A stretch of 64,000 bases of DNA from Wickerhamiella versatilis (lineage: Eukaryota): NCBI GenBank assembly GCA_030867685.1, contig JAQOWU010000007.1:496001-560000 (forward strand), written 5' to 3'. Position numbers and translations under genes: made by a program. Below are positions 12,183 through 21,972 of the stretch, in pieces (position 1 is the stretch's first letter; every line of letters starts with the position of its first letter). Under the pieces are notes generated by a model, which was given only the letters and a program-made list of their open reading frames with translations, had not been told where the DNA came from and did not search any database.

Positions 12183-14969
12183 ATGCAAAACTTTATCAAG
12201 AAAGATGTGCAGGCTATCCCGCGCTTAGGTCTACAAGCTACCGAGCTTTTGCACAAAACAACTGGTATGAAGCATGTTCATGTTCAACGTGATGATGAGA
12301 ATAGGACGTTTGCGTTGGCTTTCCAAACTCGAGCTCCGGACAGAACTGGGGTCCCACATATATTAGAACACATGGCTTTATGTGGGAGCCGTAATTTTCC
12401 TGTCCGGGATCCTTTTTTCAAAATGCAGACCCGTTCTCTGGCAAATTTTATGAATGCCATGACAGGCTTTGATTATACGTATTATCCATTTGCCACCACG
12501 AACCCTCAGGATTATAAAAACTTACAACAGATATACGCAGATGCATGCTTCAGGCCCTTATTGCGAGAAGTTGATTTTTTCCAAGAAGGTTGGAGGCTCG
12601 ATCCTGGCCCCCCAGAAGCTATTAAGGGTGTTGTATTCAATGAGATGAAGGGACAGATGTCGATGCCGGCGTACCAATTTTACATGTCCTGGTATAGCAC
12701 ATTAGCTCCAGAAATGCAGTTTTCGGCTGGCGACCCTCTCTCGATTCCCGATTTAACTTGGGATCAACTAGTGAAGTACCACAGACAGCACTACCATCCC
12801 AGTAACTGTTTGGGATTCAGTTATGGTCCTGAAACACCAGAGGAGACCCTTTCGCCCATCATGGATTATCTCAATGATTATAGTGAGCCCATTGAGGCTA
12901 GTAAGGTTCCCCAGGTTAAGGATTTTCCAAGCAAAAATATAACGGTGGAGGGTCCACTGGATTCCATGTATGATGAATCTCGACAGCACAAAGCTAGCTT
13001 GACATGGAATGTAGGCTCTACAGATCTGATTCATACCCTCACATGGCGCGTTTTGTCTTTACTTCTTGCGGAAGGACACTCCTCACCTCTCTACCAGGAG
13101 CTTATTGACACTGGAATAGCACCAGAGTTTTCCGTAAATTCGGGAATCGATGAGTTGCCGACGAATCTAGTATTTACTGTGGGTCTACAAGGACTTAAGG
13201 GCGAGCAAATACCAGAATTTAAGCAGCGCACTCTGGATACGTTGCACAGACTGTCAAAGACCGGTTTCCCATCCGACCGTGTTGATGCGATCATATATCA
13301 AGCAGAGTTAGCAGATCGCCAGGTTGATGCTCACTTTGGCATGTCGCTTCTAAGTCGAGTTGTTGGTCGCGCCTTCCATCCGAGTCAGGATTTCATGAAG
13401 ACTTTAGACTCCGCGCGCCTAATTTCTGATTTCAAGTCTCAACTTGAGCAAAATCCAAACCTGTTTCAGGACGAGCTGAAAAAGATGCTTGATAACCCTA
13501 TATTTGAGTTTGTCTCAGTACCATCCTCCACATTTGAAGAGAGTCGTAATAAGGCTGAGGAAAAAGTTTTAGAGAAGAAAGTTAAAACTGCAGACATTGA
13601 GGTTCTGAAAAAAAATGCACAGCTTCTAGCAGAGGCCCAGTCAGCGGAGGAAGACCTCAACTGTCTTCCAACTGTAACCCCCAAGGATATTTCACGTGAT
13701 GCGCCCCAGTGGCCCGTAAAAGAACTTGGAAATGTGATGATCAGAGAGGTGGCCACCCAAGGCATATCATATGTTCGGATGTTGAAGTCTCTTAATGCAA
13801 TAGACCCTCAACTAATTCCTTACACCCCACTTTACGCAGACGCGCTGTTGAATGTAGGGACAACCCATCACGAGATGGCCGAGCTTGAACAGTTGCTCAT
13901 GCTCTATACAGGAGGAATAACAGCAGGGGTCTCGACAAGACCAGAATCTCTTCCTGCTCTAGAATTGAGTGTTGGTGCCAGTGCACTAGACAGCAGATTG
14001 CCAAAGATGTATGAGCTCTTAGAAGATATCTTGAAGAATGTGTCCTGGAGAAACGGTCCGAAATTGAAAGCCCTTGTTGATGGGTCTGCGGCAAACGTGA
14101 TGAATTCACTGTCTTCATCTGGACACCGCTATGCATTGTCTCGATCTGCAGCAGCATTGAATACGAGAAAAAACCTCGCTGAACATGCTTCAGGCATCTC
14201 TCACGTCAGACTTATTCAAGAACTTTCAATGCTTCCAGAGGCGGATCTTGTGGATGCGTTGGCACCGAAACTAGAGGCGATACATGCCACATCTGGAGCT
14301 GGGAGGGCTGGGTTGACTTGTGAATCTAATATTGTTGACGCACACCCAATTCAGGATGCACTCAAGCTATTTGGTGAACCATCAACCAGTGTAAAGGAAC
14401 CACAATTTCCGCTAGCATCGCAGATGACACAAATGAAATTGCCTTTGCAGATAAGCCACGTTGGTGCTGCACTAAATGGACCTGGTTATACCTCGTATGA
14501 TTCGGCTGCACTTCAGGTGCTGGCAAGTCTATTAACACATAAGCACCTTCATCCGTTAATTCGTGAACAAGGGGGTGCTTATGGAGGTGGCGCGGTATAT
14601 AATGCCGTGGATGGTCTGTTTTACTATTATTCATACCGTGATCCTTCCCCTTCCAGAACTGTGGATGTGATAACAAAAGCTGGGGAGTGGGCAGCAGATC
14701 ATTCCTGGACGAAAGGAGATGTGGAGGAAGGCCTCCTTACATTGTTTCAGAGCATTGATAGTCCACGAAGTCCAAGAACCGAAATTACTTCTCGGTTACT
14801 TCTTGGAGTATCTGATGAGATGCGCCAGAAGCACCGCCATGATTTACTTTCGGTCAATGCGGATGATCTTAAACGAGTGGCCATCCAATACCTTGTTGGT
14901 AAGTCTCCAGCAGTTTGCGTGGTTGGACCTGACAGTGCTCCTTCAGGTTGGGATGAGATTCAGCTCTAA
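12183..14969 (+). CDS. CYM1: Pitrilysin-family presequence protease (M16C)
   Basis: Inverted zincin motif HILEH, VRDPFFKM..RSLANFMNA, GVVFNEMKG, IREQGGAYG, YSYRDP; true N-terminus probably longer (see findings). Confidence 0.95.
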   Translation: MQNFIKKDVQAIPRLGLQATELLHKTTGMKHVHVQRDDENRTFALAFQTRAPDRTGVPHILEHMALCGSRNFPVRDPFFKMQTRSLANFMNAMTGFDYTYYPFATTNPQDYKNLQQIYADACFRPLLREVDFFQEGWRLDPGPPEAIKGVVFNEMKGQMSMPAYQFYMSWYSTLAPEMQFSAGDPLSIPDLTWDQLVKYHRQHYHPSNCLGFSYGPETPEETLSPIMDYLNDYSEPIEASKVPQVKDFPSKNITVEGPLDSMYDESRQHKASLTWNVGSTDLIHTLTWRVLSLLLAEGHSSPLYQELIDTGIAPEFSVNSGIDELPTNLVFTVGLQGLKGEQIPEFKQRTLDTLHRLSKTGFPSDRVDAIIYQAELADRQVDAHFGMSLLSRVVGRAFHPSQDFMKTLDSARLISDFKSQLEQNPNLFQDELKKMLDNPIFEFVSVPSSTFEESRNKAEEKVLEKKVKTADIEVLKKNAQLLAEAQSAEEDLNCLPTVTPKDISRDAPQWPVKELGNVMIREVATQGISYVRMLKSLNAIDPQLIPYTPLYADALLNVGTTHHEMAELEQLLMLYTGGITAGVSTRPESLPALELSVGASALDSRLPKMYELLEDILKNVSWRNGPKLKALVDGSAANVMNSLSSSGHRYALSRSAAALNTRKNLAEHASGISHVRLIQELSMLPEADLVDALAPKLEAIHATSGAGRAGLTCESNIVDAHPIQDALKLFGEPSTSVKEPQFPLASQMTQMKLPLQISHVGAALNGPGYTSYDSAALQVLASLLTHKHLHPLIREQGGAYGGGAVYNAVDGLFYYYSYRDPSPSRTVDVITKAGEWAADHSWTKGDVEEGLLTLFQSIDSPRSPRTEITSRLLLGVSDEMRQKHRHDLLSVNADDLKRVAIQYLVGKSPAVCVVGPDSAPSGWDEIQL

Positions 14970-15035
14970 TTGTACATAGCTAACTAATTAAGAAAATGAA
15001 TGAAGCTTATGAACTTGATGCATGGCCATTTTAGA

Positions 15036-15914
15036 TCATAGCCAGAATTTCTTTTTATCTTTATCCATACTTGCTTGGTGTTCCCAAGAGATTTCATCTC
15101 TAATACCCTTTTGGATTCTTCGAAGTCGCAAAGTGAATTGTGGTCCCAATTCCTGCAAACCCACTCTCTGTTCGTTTTTAAATAAATATCGATGTCGCCG
15201 GAAGAAAATAAAATCTCTCTGATTGTGAAGCGTCACCACCTGTCGACCCTGGAATTCTGGCTGCTGTGGAAGCAATGACTGAAACAGCCTTCCCACGGTT
15301 TTACCTAGGCGCGTACTGAAGTTATTCAGAATCAACTCTGGAACATGATCTGTAGCAGAACCATGTCCTTTCAGTCTTTGGGGCATTATCAAGCTTGATA
15401 CGGAAAAGTAAAAGGTTGGCCCATCTGGCAGATGGATAAACGTCAATCCCGTAACACGGTGTTGGTCCTCATTCACAACCACAACGTCCGTGTAATCACG
15501 CTTAGCGCAGAGTCGTGCCATATCAGGGATTTCAAACTGTGGTTTTCTTCTGAAAAACTCCGCTGTTGGAAAAATTTCGATAAGAAGCTCTGCAAATTCG
15601 TATGCCTCCTTGTGAGGGAATTTTGACGTTGTTACAAAAATCTTCGGTGCCTTGCCCTGAAAGTATGTATCAAATTCATCGTGTGATATTTCGGCTCCAA
15701 TACTTTCATCAAACCTCCGCATAGATTCGATTGTGGCGGGGACGTTTTCAGCTAATCGTTTTTCACGAAGGCTTGGATCTGCTTTTTCGGCCCTTGACCG
15801 TCTTTCCCGCTGTTCACGCTTTGTCTTATTCTCAGTATGCCTGATTGTCGCTAATAGCTTTTCTCGCCGCATTTTATTGCGTATTTTCGACACTTGGTCT
15901 TTCCTAAGAGGCAT
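15036..15914 (-). CDS. RPF1: Brix-domain 60S ribosome biogenesis factor
   Basis: HLPDGPTFYF, PELILNNFSTRLG, RQVVTLHNQRDFIFFRRHRY, LQELGPQFTL. Confidence 0.95.
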   Translation of the reverse strand: MPLRKDQVSKIRNKMRREKLLATIRHTENKTKREQRERRSRAEKADPSLREKRLAENVPATIESMRRFDESIGAEISHDEFDTYFQGKAPKIFVTTSKFPHKEAYEFAELLIEIFPTAEFFRRKPQFEIPDMARLCAKRDYTDVVVVNEDQHRVTGLTFIHLPDGPTFYFSVSSLIMPQRLKGHGSATDHVPELILNNFSTRLGKTVGRLFQSLLPQQPEFQGRQVVTLHNQRDFIFFRRHRYLFKNEQRVGLQELGPQFTLRLRRIQKGIRDEISWEHQASMDKDKKKFWL

Positions 15915-16281
15915 TGCAGAGCTTCTCTAAAATTTCACTCCACGACTTAGGTAATTTAAATTTCTCTGGGATGGGTCCGTAACTGGACTGGTTGGATCTT
16001 GCTCAGAGATTGAATGGTTCTGATATCGCCTGACAATATGTAAAACTTAGAATTATTGAAGTGATATTACAACGATCATGGCGGTCTGCTAATTGACGCC
16101 GACCCACAACTTTGACCACGTAAAAAGCTACGCTTAAGAGATTCAAAGAGGACTCTAAGATTTTCGCCTAACATACTACTTTGCTCATTTTGAGCTCCCT
16201 GCATTTGTGTAGCACCCATGTTTAATTAAAGAAATAAATATTACCTATGATGTAGCATCAACATAGCGCTTACTAACGCCC

Positions 16282-19200
16282 ATGGATCCTGGACTTTCGA
16301 GTCAGATCCGCGCGGCCTTGGATATTGAGCATTCAGCTTTAAGTTCGCAGGCGGACAGACGTGAGGCAGAGTCGTTCCTGCTACAGCTTAAGCAACGTGA
16401 TGATGCTGCATTGATTGGTTTTGCACTGGCCGCACCTCACCCTGAAGACGCGACCCTTCCAGGTAGCGCTGGACCCAGAAGACACTTTGGTTTTCAAACA
16501 CTCTTATATGCTATACAGTATCAGGCTAGCAGTTATGATTCAGAGCAGCGTCTGGCTATTCGTCGATGGATTCTTGAGCTTGCCGAGAGTCTAACCTCCT
16601 CTGACCCGCCCTACCTTAGAGAAAAGGCAGCTGTTGTCTGGTCTGAATGGGCCAAACGTACCTGGGGCGTCCTTACAGAAGAAGCTGATGGCTGGGCGTC
16701 TATGGATTCAGAACTGCTTGCGCTATGGCAATCAGGGGACGCTGGACGTGATTTCACTCTTAGTGTTTTTCGCACATTATTCGAGGACGTGTTCGTGCTT
16801 GAGGACTCAGTAGCAATCCAGCGGAGTATGCATCTTACCGCTCAAATTACGGAGGTTGTCTGCTCTGGCAAGGACATTCAGGAATCATATGATGCTAGGG
16901 CTCCTGAGCTAGAACAGCTTAGGGCAGATCCTGAACAAGGGTGGCTCCAGAGATGGTGCATCAGTTGCCAAGACCAAAATATTCATCATTTATTACGCTA
17001 CAGACTGTTAGAGACAGTTAAATGCACTTTACAATGGGTTCTCGCGTCTGCACTCATTAACACAGATATTGTGAAGTTATTCAGCTCTGCATTGTCTGAG
17101 GAGGACGTTCAGACACGGATAGTTGCAGTGGATGCTTTGCAAATTATATTCATGAGGCGATACAGTAATCCAGCTGAGTTTGAAATTCTTGTTGCCCCCG
17201 TGTTCGAAACAACAGGTATTGAGTGGCTGTATCAAATATATCACGCAGCGGCGCAGGCCACCGCGGCTGATATTGATAATGATGAGGAGTACTCCTTTTG
17301 TAAAAAGTTATCCGAGCTTTTGTGTGCATTAGGGGATTGCTACATCGGGACTGTTGTAATTGACCCACCCCCCAAATTTGGACTTCGTCGAAACAGCGTT
17401 GACTTATATGGATTCTTGTCTCTAATGGTAGATATTGCTGAGCATCCCAGTCTTGTTGTTGCAGGAATGAGTCTTCAATTCTGGTGTTCTCTACTTCGTA
17501 ATGAAAAACTTGCTAGCCAACCAGAAGTTGAGAGAATACTAGGAAGATTGCTTTCAGTTGGGAGTGAGAGGTGTGTCAATCACAGTGACTTTCCTGATGA
17601 TCACCCTACGTCTCTGTATATGGCTCAAGACTTCGATACTTCTGATGCAAGTAGCTTCTACGGCTCCTTCCGACGCTACATGGAGGACACTATCCGGCTT
17701 ATAGTGTGTAGAATCCCAGAAGCTTCGATCAGATGGCTTCATGAGCGTATGATGACATTTTTTCAAAGTGAGCTTGGCTGGCGTGCAGTGCATGAGGAGG
17801 TTAGTCTGGAAAATCATTCAGACCCAGCTTTTGTCCTCGGATGCGCCCAGATTGGCACGGTGGAAGCTGCTATTCGGGGAGTCGTCAGGTGGCAAATATG
17901 GGCTCAAGATACAGAACGCGATATGCAGCAAGCACAGATACTTGCTCTTGTGGCCGAATGGGCTCGCGAGCTGGTCACTTTAATCCCAACTGACCATCTG
18001 CTTCATCATAAGGTGATTGAGTGTCTGGTACAATTTGCACCACTTGTAAAGGATGATAATGATCTTTTGTTTTCCATTTTACAAAGAGTATTTCAGGCCA
18101 CCGTCACGCCTGGTGATCCGGCAAAAGAAAAGGAATTCGAGCGTGTTCGAGACTTGCGGACTTCTGCAGGGACAGAGCTGAACAGACTTGCATATATGGT
18201 TCCGGAAAGTCTTGCTGGTATATACGATAGGCTGGAAGCAGTTGTTAGTGATCTTCTTGCAAATGGCCAAGTACAAGAACATGAAAGTGTGAGCTTCAAG
18301 AGTTTTTTGCTAGTCGTAAGCCAACGAAGTGAGCTCCCGAATAAAGAGGCACACTTCTCTGCAATTGTTGATCCCGTGCTGCAACGTTGGAATGACCCTA
18401 CAACGATTCGTGGTCTAAATGACCTAGAATGGTTCATGGAGAACGTTGGTATCGTTCGAATAGAACAATATTTCCAACGACGTGGAATAACCGAGGCAAC
18501 TAATCTGCAGCAGACACCTATGGATGACGAGGGGCGAGCCCTTAAGCTTGAGTTGAAACAGAAGTGGCAGGCTATATTTCCGGTTCGACCTTCAAGGATA
18601 TTTGTTCAATATACGATAGAGCGTCTAAACCACAACTCGCCGGAATTCCAGCATCTGCTCTCATTGTGGTCGCCCCGAATCAAGCAAATACTTCCTTGTA
18701 TACTCCAGCTACTATCACAGATAATGGCATTCCATAACCCATCCCAGTGGACTAATCTTCCCCCACGTGTCCAAACGTTTGTGCGGCAGTCGACACGAGA
18801 ACGATTCTGGCAGGTTGGCATCTCCATGCAAACACGAGATGAATTTGAGAATGAAAGCATGGCTGCTTCTAAGACTTTGCGAGATTTCGCTGATTCCGTT
18901 GGCCATATTATTAGATACACAAGGGAATACACATTCCTAACACTCGGCTCAATTTCGCAATTAGAGGGTACGATGTATGAAATTGATGGCATGGGAATCA
19001 AACTCTATGAAGCGCTTGCAGGTTCCAATACGGAGGGAATAACGTCTCACTGTTGGAGACATATGATATCATTAGTGGTGCGTAACGTCGTCAACAATTG
19101 TCCAATAGAATATCAAGAAAGCTTCCTCGGTGATTTCCTTCCCCCTTTCCTTTCCCGTCTTACTGCAGTCCTGCGTAACATGTGGAGTTTGCAGGAGGCT

Positions 19201-19920
19201 CGTGGCTTCCAACTCGAAGAAAAAGCCCAAGAAGATGAATTGAGTGAGGAAATGATGGACGAGTATCTTTTGAGGCAATTTACGGTCGTAGTTAATCGCT
19301 TGGTAATTGATCTTGTTGGACAAGCGAGACTTAAACCGCAACAAGCATTGCCTGATCGTCGACAAGCAATTCATGAGCTCTGCCGTCAAAATCCGCGAAT
19401 TCTTGCGAGCGTGCTAGAGTTGAGTCGTACTATAATGGGATTCAGGGATAGCAGATGTTGCTATAATATATGTTTGGTGCTGCGACATTTGCTTATCAAC
19501 GGAGTTCCGTGCGAAAGAGAGATTGAACAGTATTTTGTTGAGGAAATCATGCCCGCATGTCTCCAGACATTGGGTGATCTATTTTTCATTGAAAGTAGTG
19601 GTGAAGCAGCTTCGATACTGACACTTATATATTTGCGTATGAGTAGATGCCAGCCTTCCCCGGCTGAAGTTCTTTCCCAGCTTCTGTCTATCAGTAACGA
19701 GGATTTTGCTATTTTCGATAGGCATATGCATGCCGAAACAAACCTACGTGTTCAGCGTGCGCACATGCTTGACCTTCTCAAGAGGTGCGATAAAATGTCG
19801 GATGACAGGGCCCAAGCGCGTAAACGGGCGAATAATAATGTCCCTGTAACGCGTCGCAATGTTAACAATGAGGAGGATATTGACGCCGCAGCACTCATTT
19901 CAATGTTCGGTGATAACTAG
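16282..19920 (+). CDS. MSN5: Exportin-5-type karyopherin
   Basis: 1212-aa HEAT-like protein; MD..SQI..AL start, RHFG, LFEDVF, LRTSAGTELNRLAY, ERFWQVGIS, FADSVGHIIRYTRE. Confidence 0.92.
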   Translation: MDPGLSSQIRAALDIEHSALSSQADRREAESFLLQLKQRDDAALIGFALAAPHPEDATLPGSAGPRRHFGFQTLLYAIQYQASSYDSEQRLAIRRWILELAESLTSSDPPYLREKAAVVWSEWAKRTWGVLTEEADGWASMDSELLALWQSGDAGRDFTLSVFRTLFEDVFVLEDSVAIQRSMHLTAQITEVVCSGKDIQESYDARAPELEQLRADPEQGWLQRWCISCQDQNIHHLLRYRLLETVKCTLQWVLASALINTDIVKLFSSALSEEDVQTRIVAVDALQIIFMRRYSNPAEFEILVAPVFETTGIEWLYQIYHAAAQATAADIDNDEEYSFCKKLSELLCALGDCYIGTVVIDPPPKFGLRRNSVDLYGFLSLMVDIAEHPSLVVAGMSLQFWCSLLRNEKLASQPEVERILGRLLSVGSERCVNHSDFPDDHPTSLYMAQDFDTSDASSFYGSFRRYMEDTIRLIVCRIPEASIRWLHERMMTFFQSELGWRAVHEEVSLENHSDPAFVLGCAQIGTVEAAIRGVVRWQIWAQDTERDMQQAQILALVAEWARELVTLIPTDHLLHHKVIECLVQFAPLVKDDNDLLFSILQRVFQATVTPGDPAKEKEFERVRDLRTSAGTELNRLAYMVPESLAGIYDRLEAVVSDLLANGQVQEHESVSFKSFLLVVSQRSELPNKEAHFSAIVDPVLQRWNDPTTIRGLNDLEWFMENVGIVRIEQYFQRRGITEATNLQQTPMDDEGRALKLELKQKWQAIFPVRPSRIFVQYTIERLNHNSPEFQHLLSLWSPRIKQILPCILQLLSQIMAFHNPSQWTNLPPRVQTFVRQSTRERFWQVGISMQTRDEFENESMAASKTLRDFADSVGHIIRYTREYTFLTLGSISQLEGTMYEIDGMGIKLYEALAGSNTEGITSHCWRHMISLVVRNVVNNCPIEYQESFLGDFLPPFLSRLTAVLRNMWSLQEARGFQLEEKAQEDELSEEMMDEYLLRQFTVVVNRLVIDLVGQARLKPQQALPDRRQAIHELCRQNPRILASVLELSRTIMGFRDSRCCYNICLVLRHLLINGVPCEREIEQYFVEEIMPACLQTLGDLFFIESSGEAASILTLIYLRMSRCQPSPAEVLSQLLSISNEDFAIFDRHMHAETNLRVQRAHMLDLLKRCDKMSDDRAQARKRANNNVPVTRRNVNNEEDIDAAALISMFGDN

Positions 19921-20063
19921 GCTAGTGTATATAAGTCTTTGATAAAGGAGAAGAATATGAACTTCTTTCGAAATTATTCATTAATAATCATGTCAACGGT
20001 CCCATGCAAGATGCCAGCGACTGACCGTATCTACGTAATTTGTAAGCTTGCTTACACGTGATA

Positions 20064-21719
20064 ATGAAAGGAAGCGACTTGCTCATTGCTGCATTGGAAA
20101 ACGAGGGAGTTGAAAGAATATATGGTATTCCTGGTGAGGAAAATCTGGATGTTATCGACTCCTTGCGTACCTCCACCATAGAGCTTGTCGTTGTACGACA
20201 TGAGCAGGTTGCTGCATTTATGGCCGCGACCTATGGGCGATTGACGGGGAAGCCAGGTGTCTGTTTGAGCACATTGGGCCCAGGTGCACTCAATCTTACT
20301 ACAGGTGCTGCCTATGCGCATCTAGGGGCTATGCCAATGATTATGATAACCGGGCAGAAGGGTGTCCTATCCGAACGACAGGGAAGTTTTCAGTTTGTAG
20401 ACACGGTCAGAACCATGAGTCCCCTCACTAAAAGTGCTAGGCAAATTGTGAGCCCTTCAATGATTCCTACTGCTGTACGACAGGCATTTCGGACAGCAGT
20501 CGAAGAGCGTCCCGGACCTGTGCATCTAGAGTTGCCTGAGGATATCGCACATCAGCATACTTCATCTCCACCACCCATTGTACCTGTCCATGACCTTGAT
20601 ACACAAGGTGCTAGGACACATGCGATTCAAATTGCCGCCCACCACCTTATCGAAGCAAAACGCCCACTAGTGATGTTAGGTGCAGCAGCTTCCCGTCCCC
20701 GCCTTTCTGGCTTGCTTCATGAATTTTTCCAGAGGACAAGTCTGCCCTACTTTACAACTCAGATGGGTAAAGGCAGTGTTGGTGGTTCAACCGACCTTTA
20801 CATGGGAACAGCAGCTCTAACAGAACGGGACTACGTGCACGAAGCCATAGAGCGAGCAGATGTGATTATATGTGTTGGCCACGATACAGCTGAAAAGCCA
20901 CCATTCATCATGTACGAAGGTGGACCCTTGGTAATACACTTTGGATATTTGCCTGCTCATATTGAAGCAGTCTATTTTCCGCAAGTCGAGGTTATAGGGG
21001 ACATTGGACAATCCTTAAGCCGCCTAGCTGATATTGTTCATGGAAGAATCCGACATAACCATGCACTATTACCGCTACGCGATGGGATTCTTATGCGGAT
21101 TTTAGAACACTCCAAAGAAAATCGCTGGACCCCGCAGAGGATTGTCGCTGATGTTAGGCATGTAGTCCCACAAGACGGTATTGTAACCTTGGACAATGGT
21201 ATGTACAAGATTTGGTTCGCTCGTAACTACCGTACTAGTCTTGCGAATACCCTATTGCTGGATAATGCTCTGGCTACCATGGGTGCTGGGCTTGCTTCAG
21301 CGATGTCTGCAGCACTTCTATATCCTAATCGATATGTCTTATCCGTTTCGGGAGATGGAGGCTTCATGATGAACTGCCAGGACCTGGAAACCGCAGTGAG
21401 ACTTAAGCTAAACCTTGTATCACTCGTTCTGGTCGACAATGCATTTGGCATGATCAAGTGGAAACAAGAGGCCGATAACTTCAAAAACTTTGGACTTGAT
21501 TTTGGAAATCCTGATTTCGTCAAATTAGCTGAATCCTTTGGTGCTAAAGGACAGTATGTTTATAATGTCGAAGAATTCATTCCTGCTCTTCAAAAGGCGT
21601 TTCAAGAAGGTGGCGTGCAGCTTGTGGCTGTACCAATTGATTATTCTGATAACGTAACCGTGCTCATTGACGAGCTCAAAAAACGTTTACCCGTTCTCCC
21701 TGAAGGCGTAGAGATTTAG
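20064..21719 (+). CDS. Bacterial-type acetolactate synthase large-subunit family ThDP enzyme (candidate HGT)
   Basis: MKGSDLL..ALENEGVERIYGIPGEENLD, catalytic RHEQ, LSTLGPGALN, LDNGMYKIWFARNY, LLDNALATMGAGL, ThDP motif GDGGFMMN...DNAFGMI; no mitochondrial presequence. Confidence 0.9.
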   Translation: MKGSDLLIAALENEGVERIYGIPGEENLDVIDSLRTSTIELVVVRHEQVAAFMAATYGRLTGKPGVCLSTLGPGALNLTTGAAYAHLGAMPMIMITGQKGVLSERQGSFQFVDTVRTMSPLTKSARQIVSPSMIPTAVRQAFRTAVEERPGPVHLELPEDIAHQHTSSPPPIVPVHDLDTQGARTHAIQIAAHHLIEAKRPLVMLGAAASRPRLSGLLHEFFQRTSLPYFTTQMGKGSVGGSTDLYMGTAALTERDYVHEAIERADVIICVGHDTAEKPPFIMYEGGPLVIHFGYLPAHIEAVYFPQVEVIGDIGQSLSRLADIVHGRIRHNHALLPLRDGILMRILEHSKENRWTPQRIVADVRHVVPQDGIVTLDNGMYKIWFARNYRTSLANTLLLDNALATMGAGLASAMSAALLYPNRYVLSVSGDGGFMMNCQDLETAVRLKLNLVSLVLVDNAFGMIKWKQEADNFKNFGLDFGNPDFVKLAESFGAKGQYVYNVEEFIPALQKAFQEGGVQLVAVPIDYSDNVTVLIDELKKRLPVLPEGVEI

Positions 21720-21972
21720 ATTTCAGGCTAGCTTATAAGCCACTATATAGCACACATATAGTCGCGGAATGTACCAAAAATTTTCTGCAAAAGGCATAAA
21801 ATATGGGACAATAGTCTAAATCGCGTTGTCAGGATTTCCTTAAACATATGATAGAAAGGTTGCCACATCTTTTTTAACCGTTGGTGGAATACGATAATCA
21901 AATCCTAGATTACCAATGACTTTTCGAATTAATCTCCATAGCAGACACCTCTCTTGTCATTACCGTTGTCAC

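Noticed and set aside
16271-16277. TACTAAC just upstream of the MSN5 ATG
   Set aside because: No acceptor AG before the ATG, and the N-terminus already looks complete.
20064-21719. Calling this gene ILV2 or PDC1
   Set aside because: It lacks a presequence and the Ilv2 and Pdc signature motifs, so no symbol was assigned.
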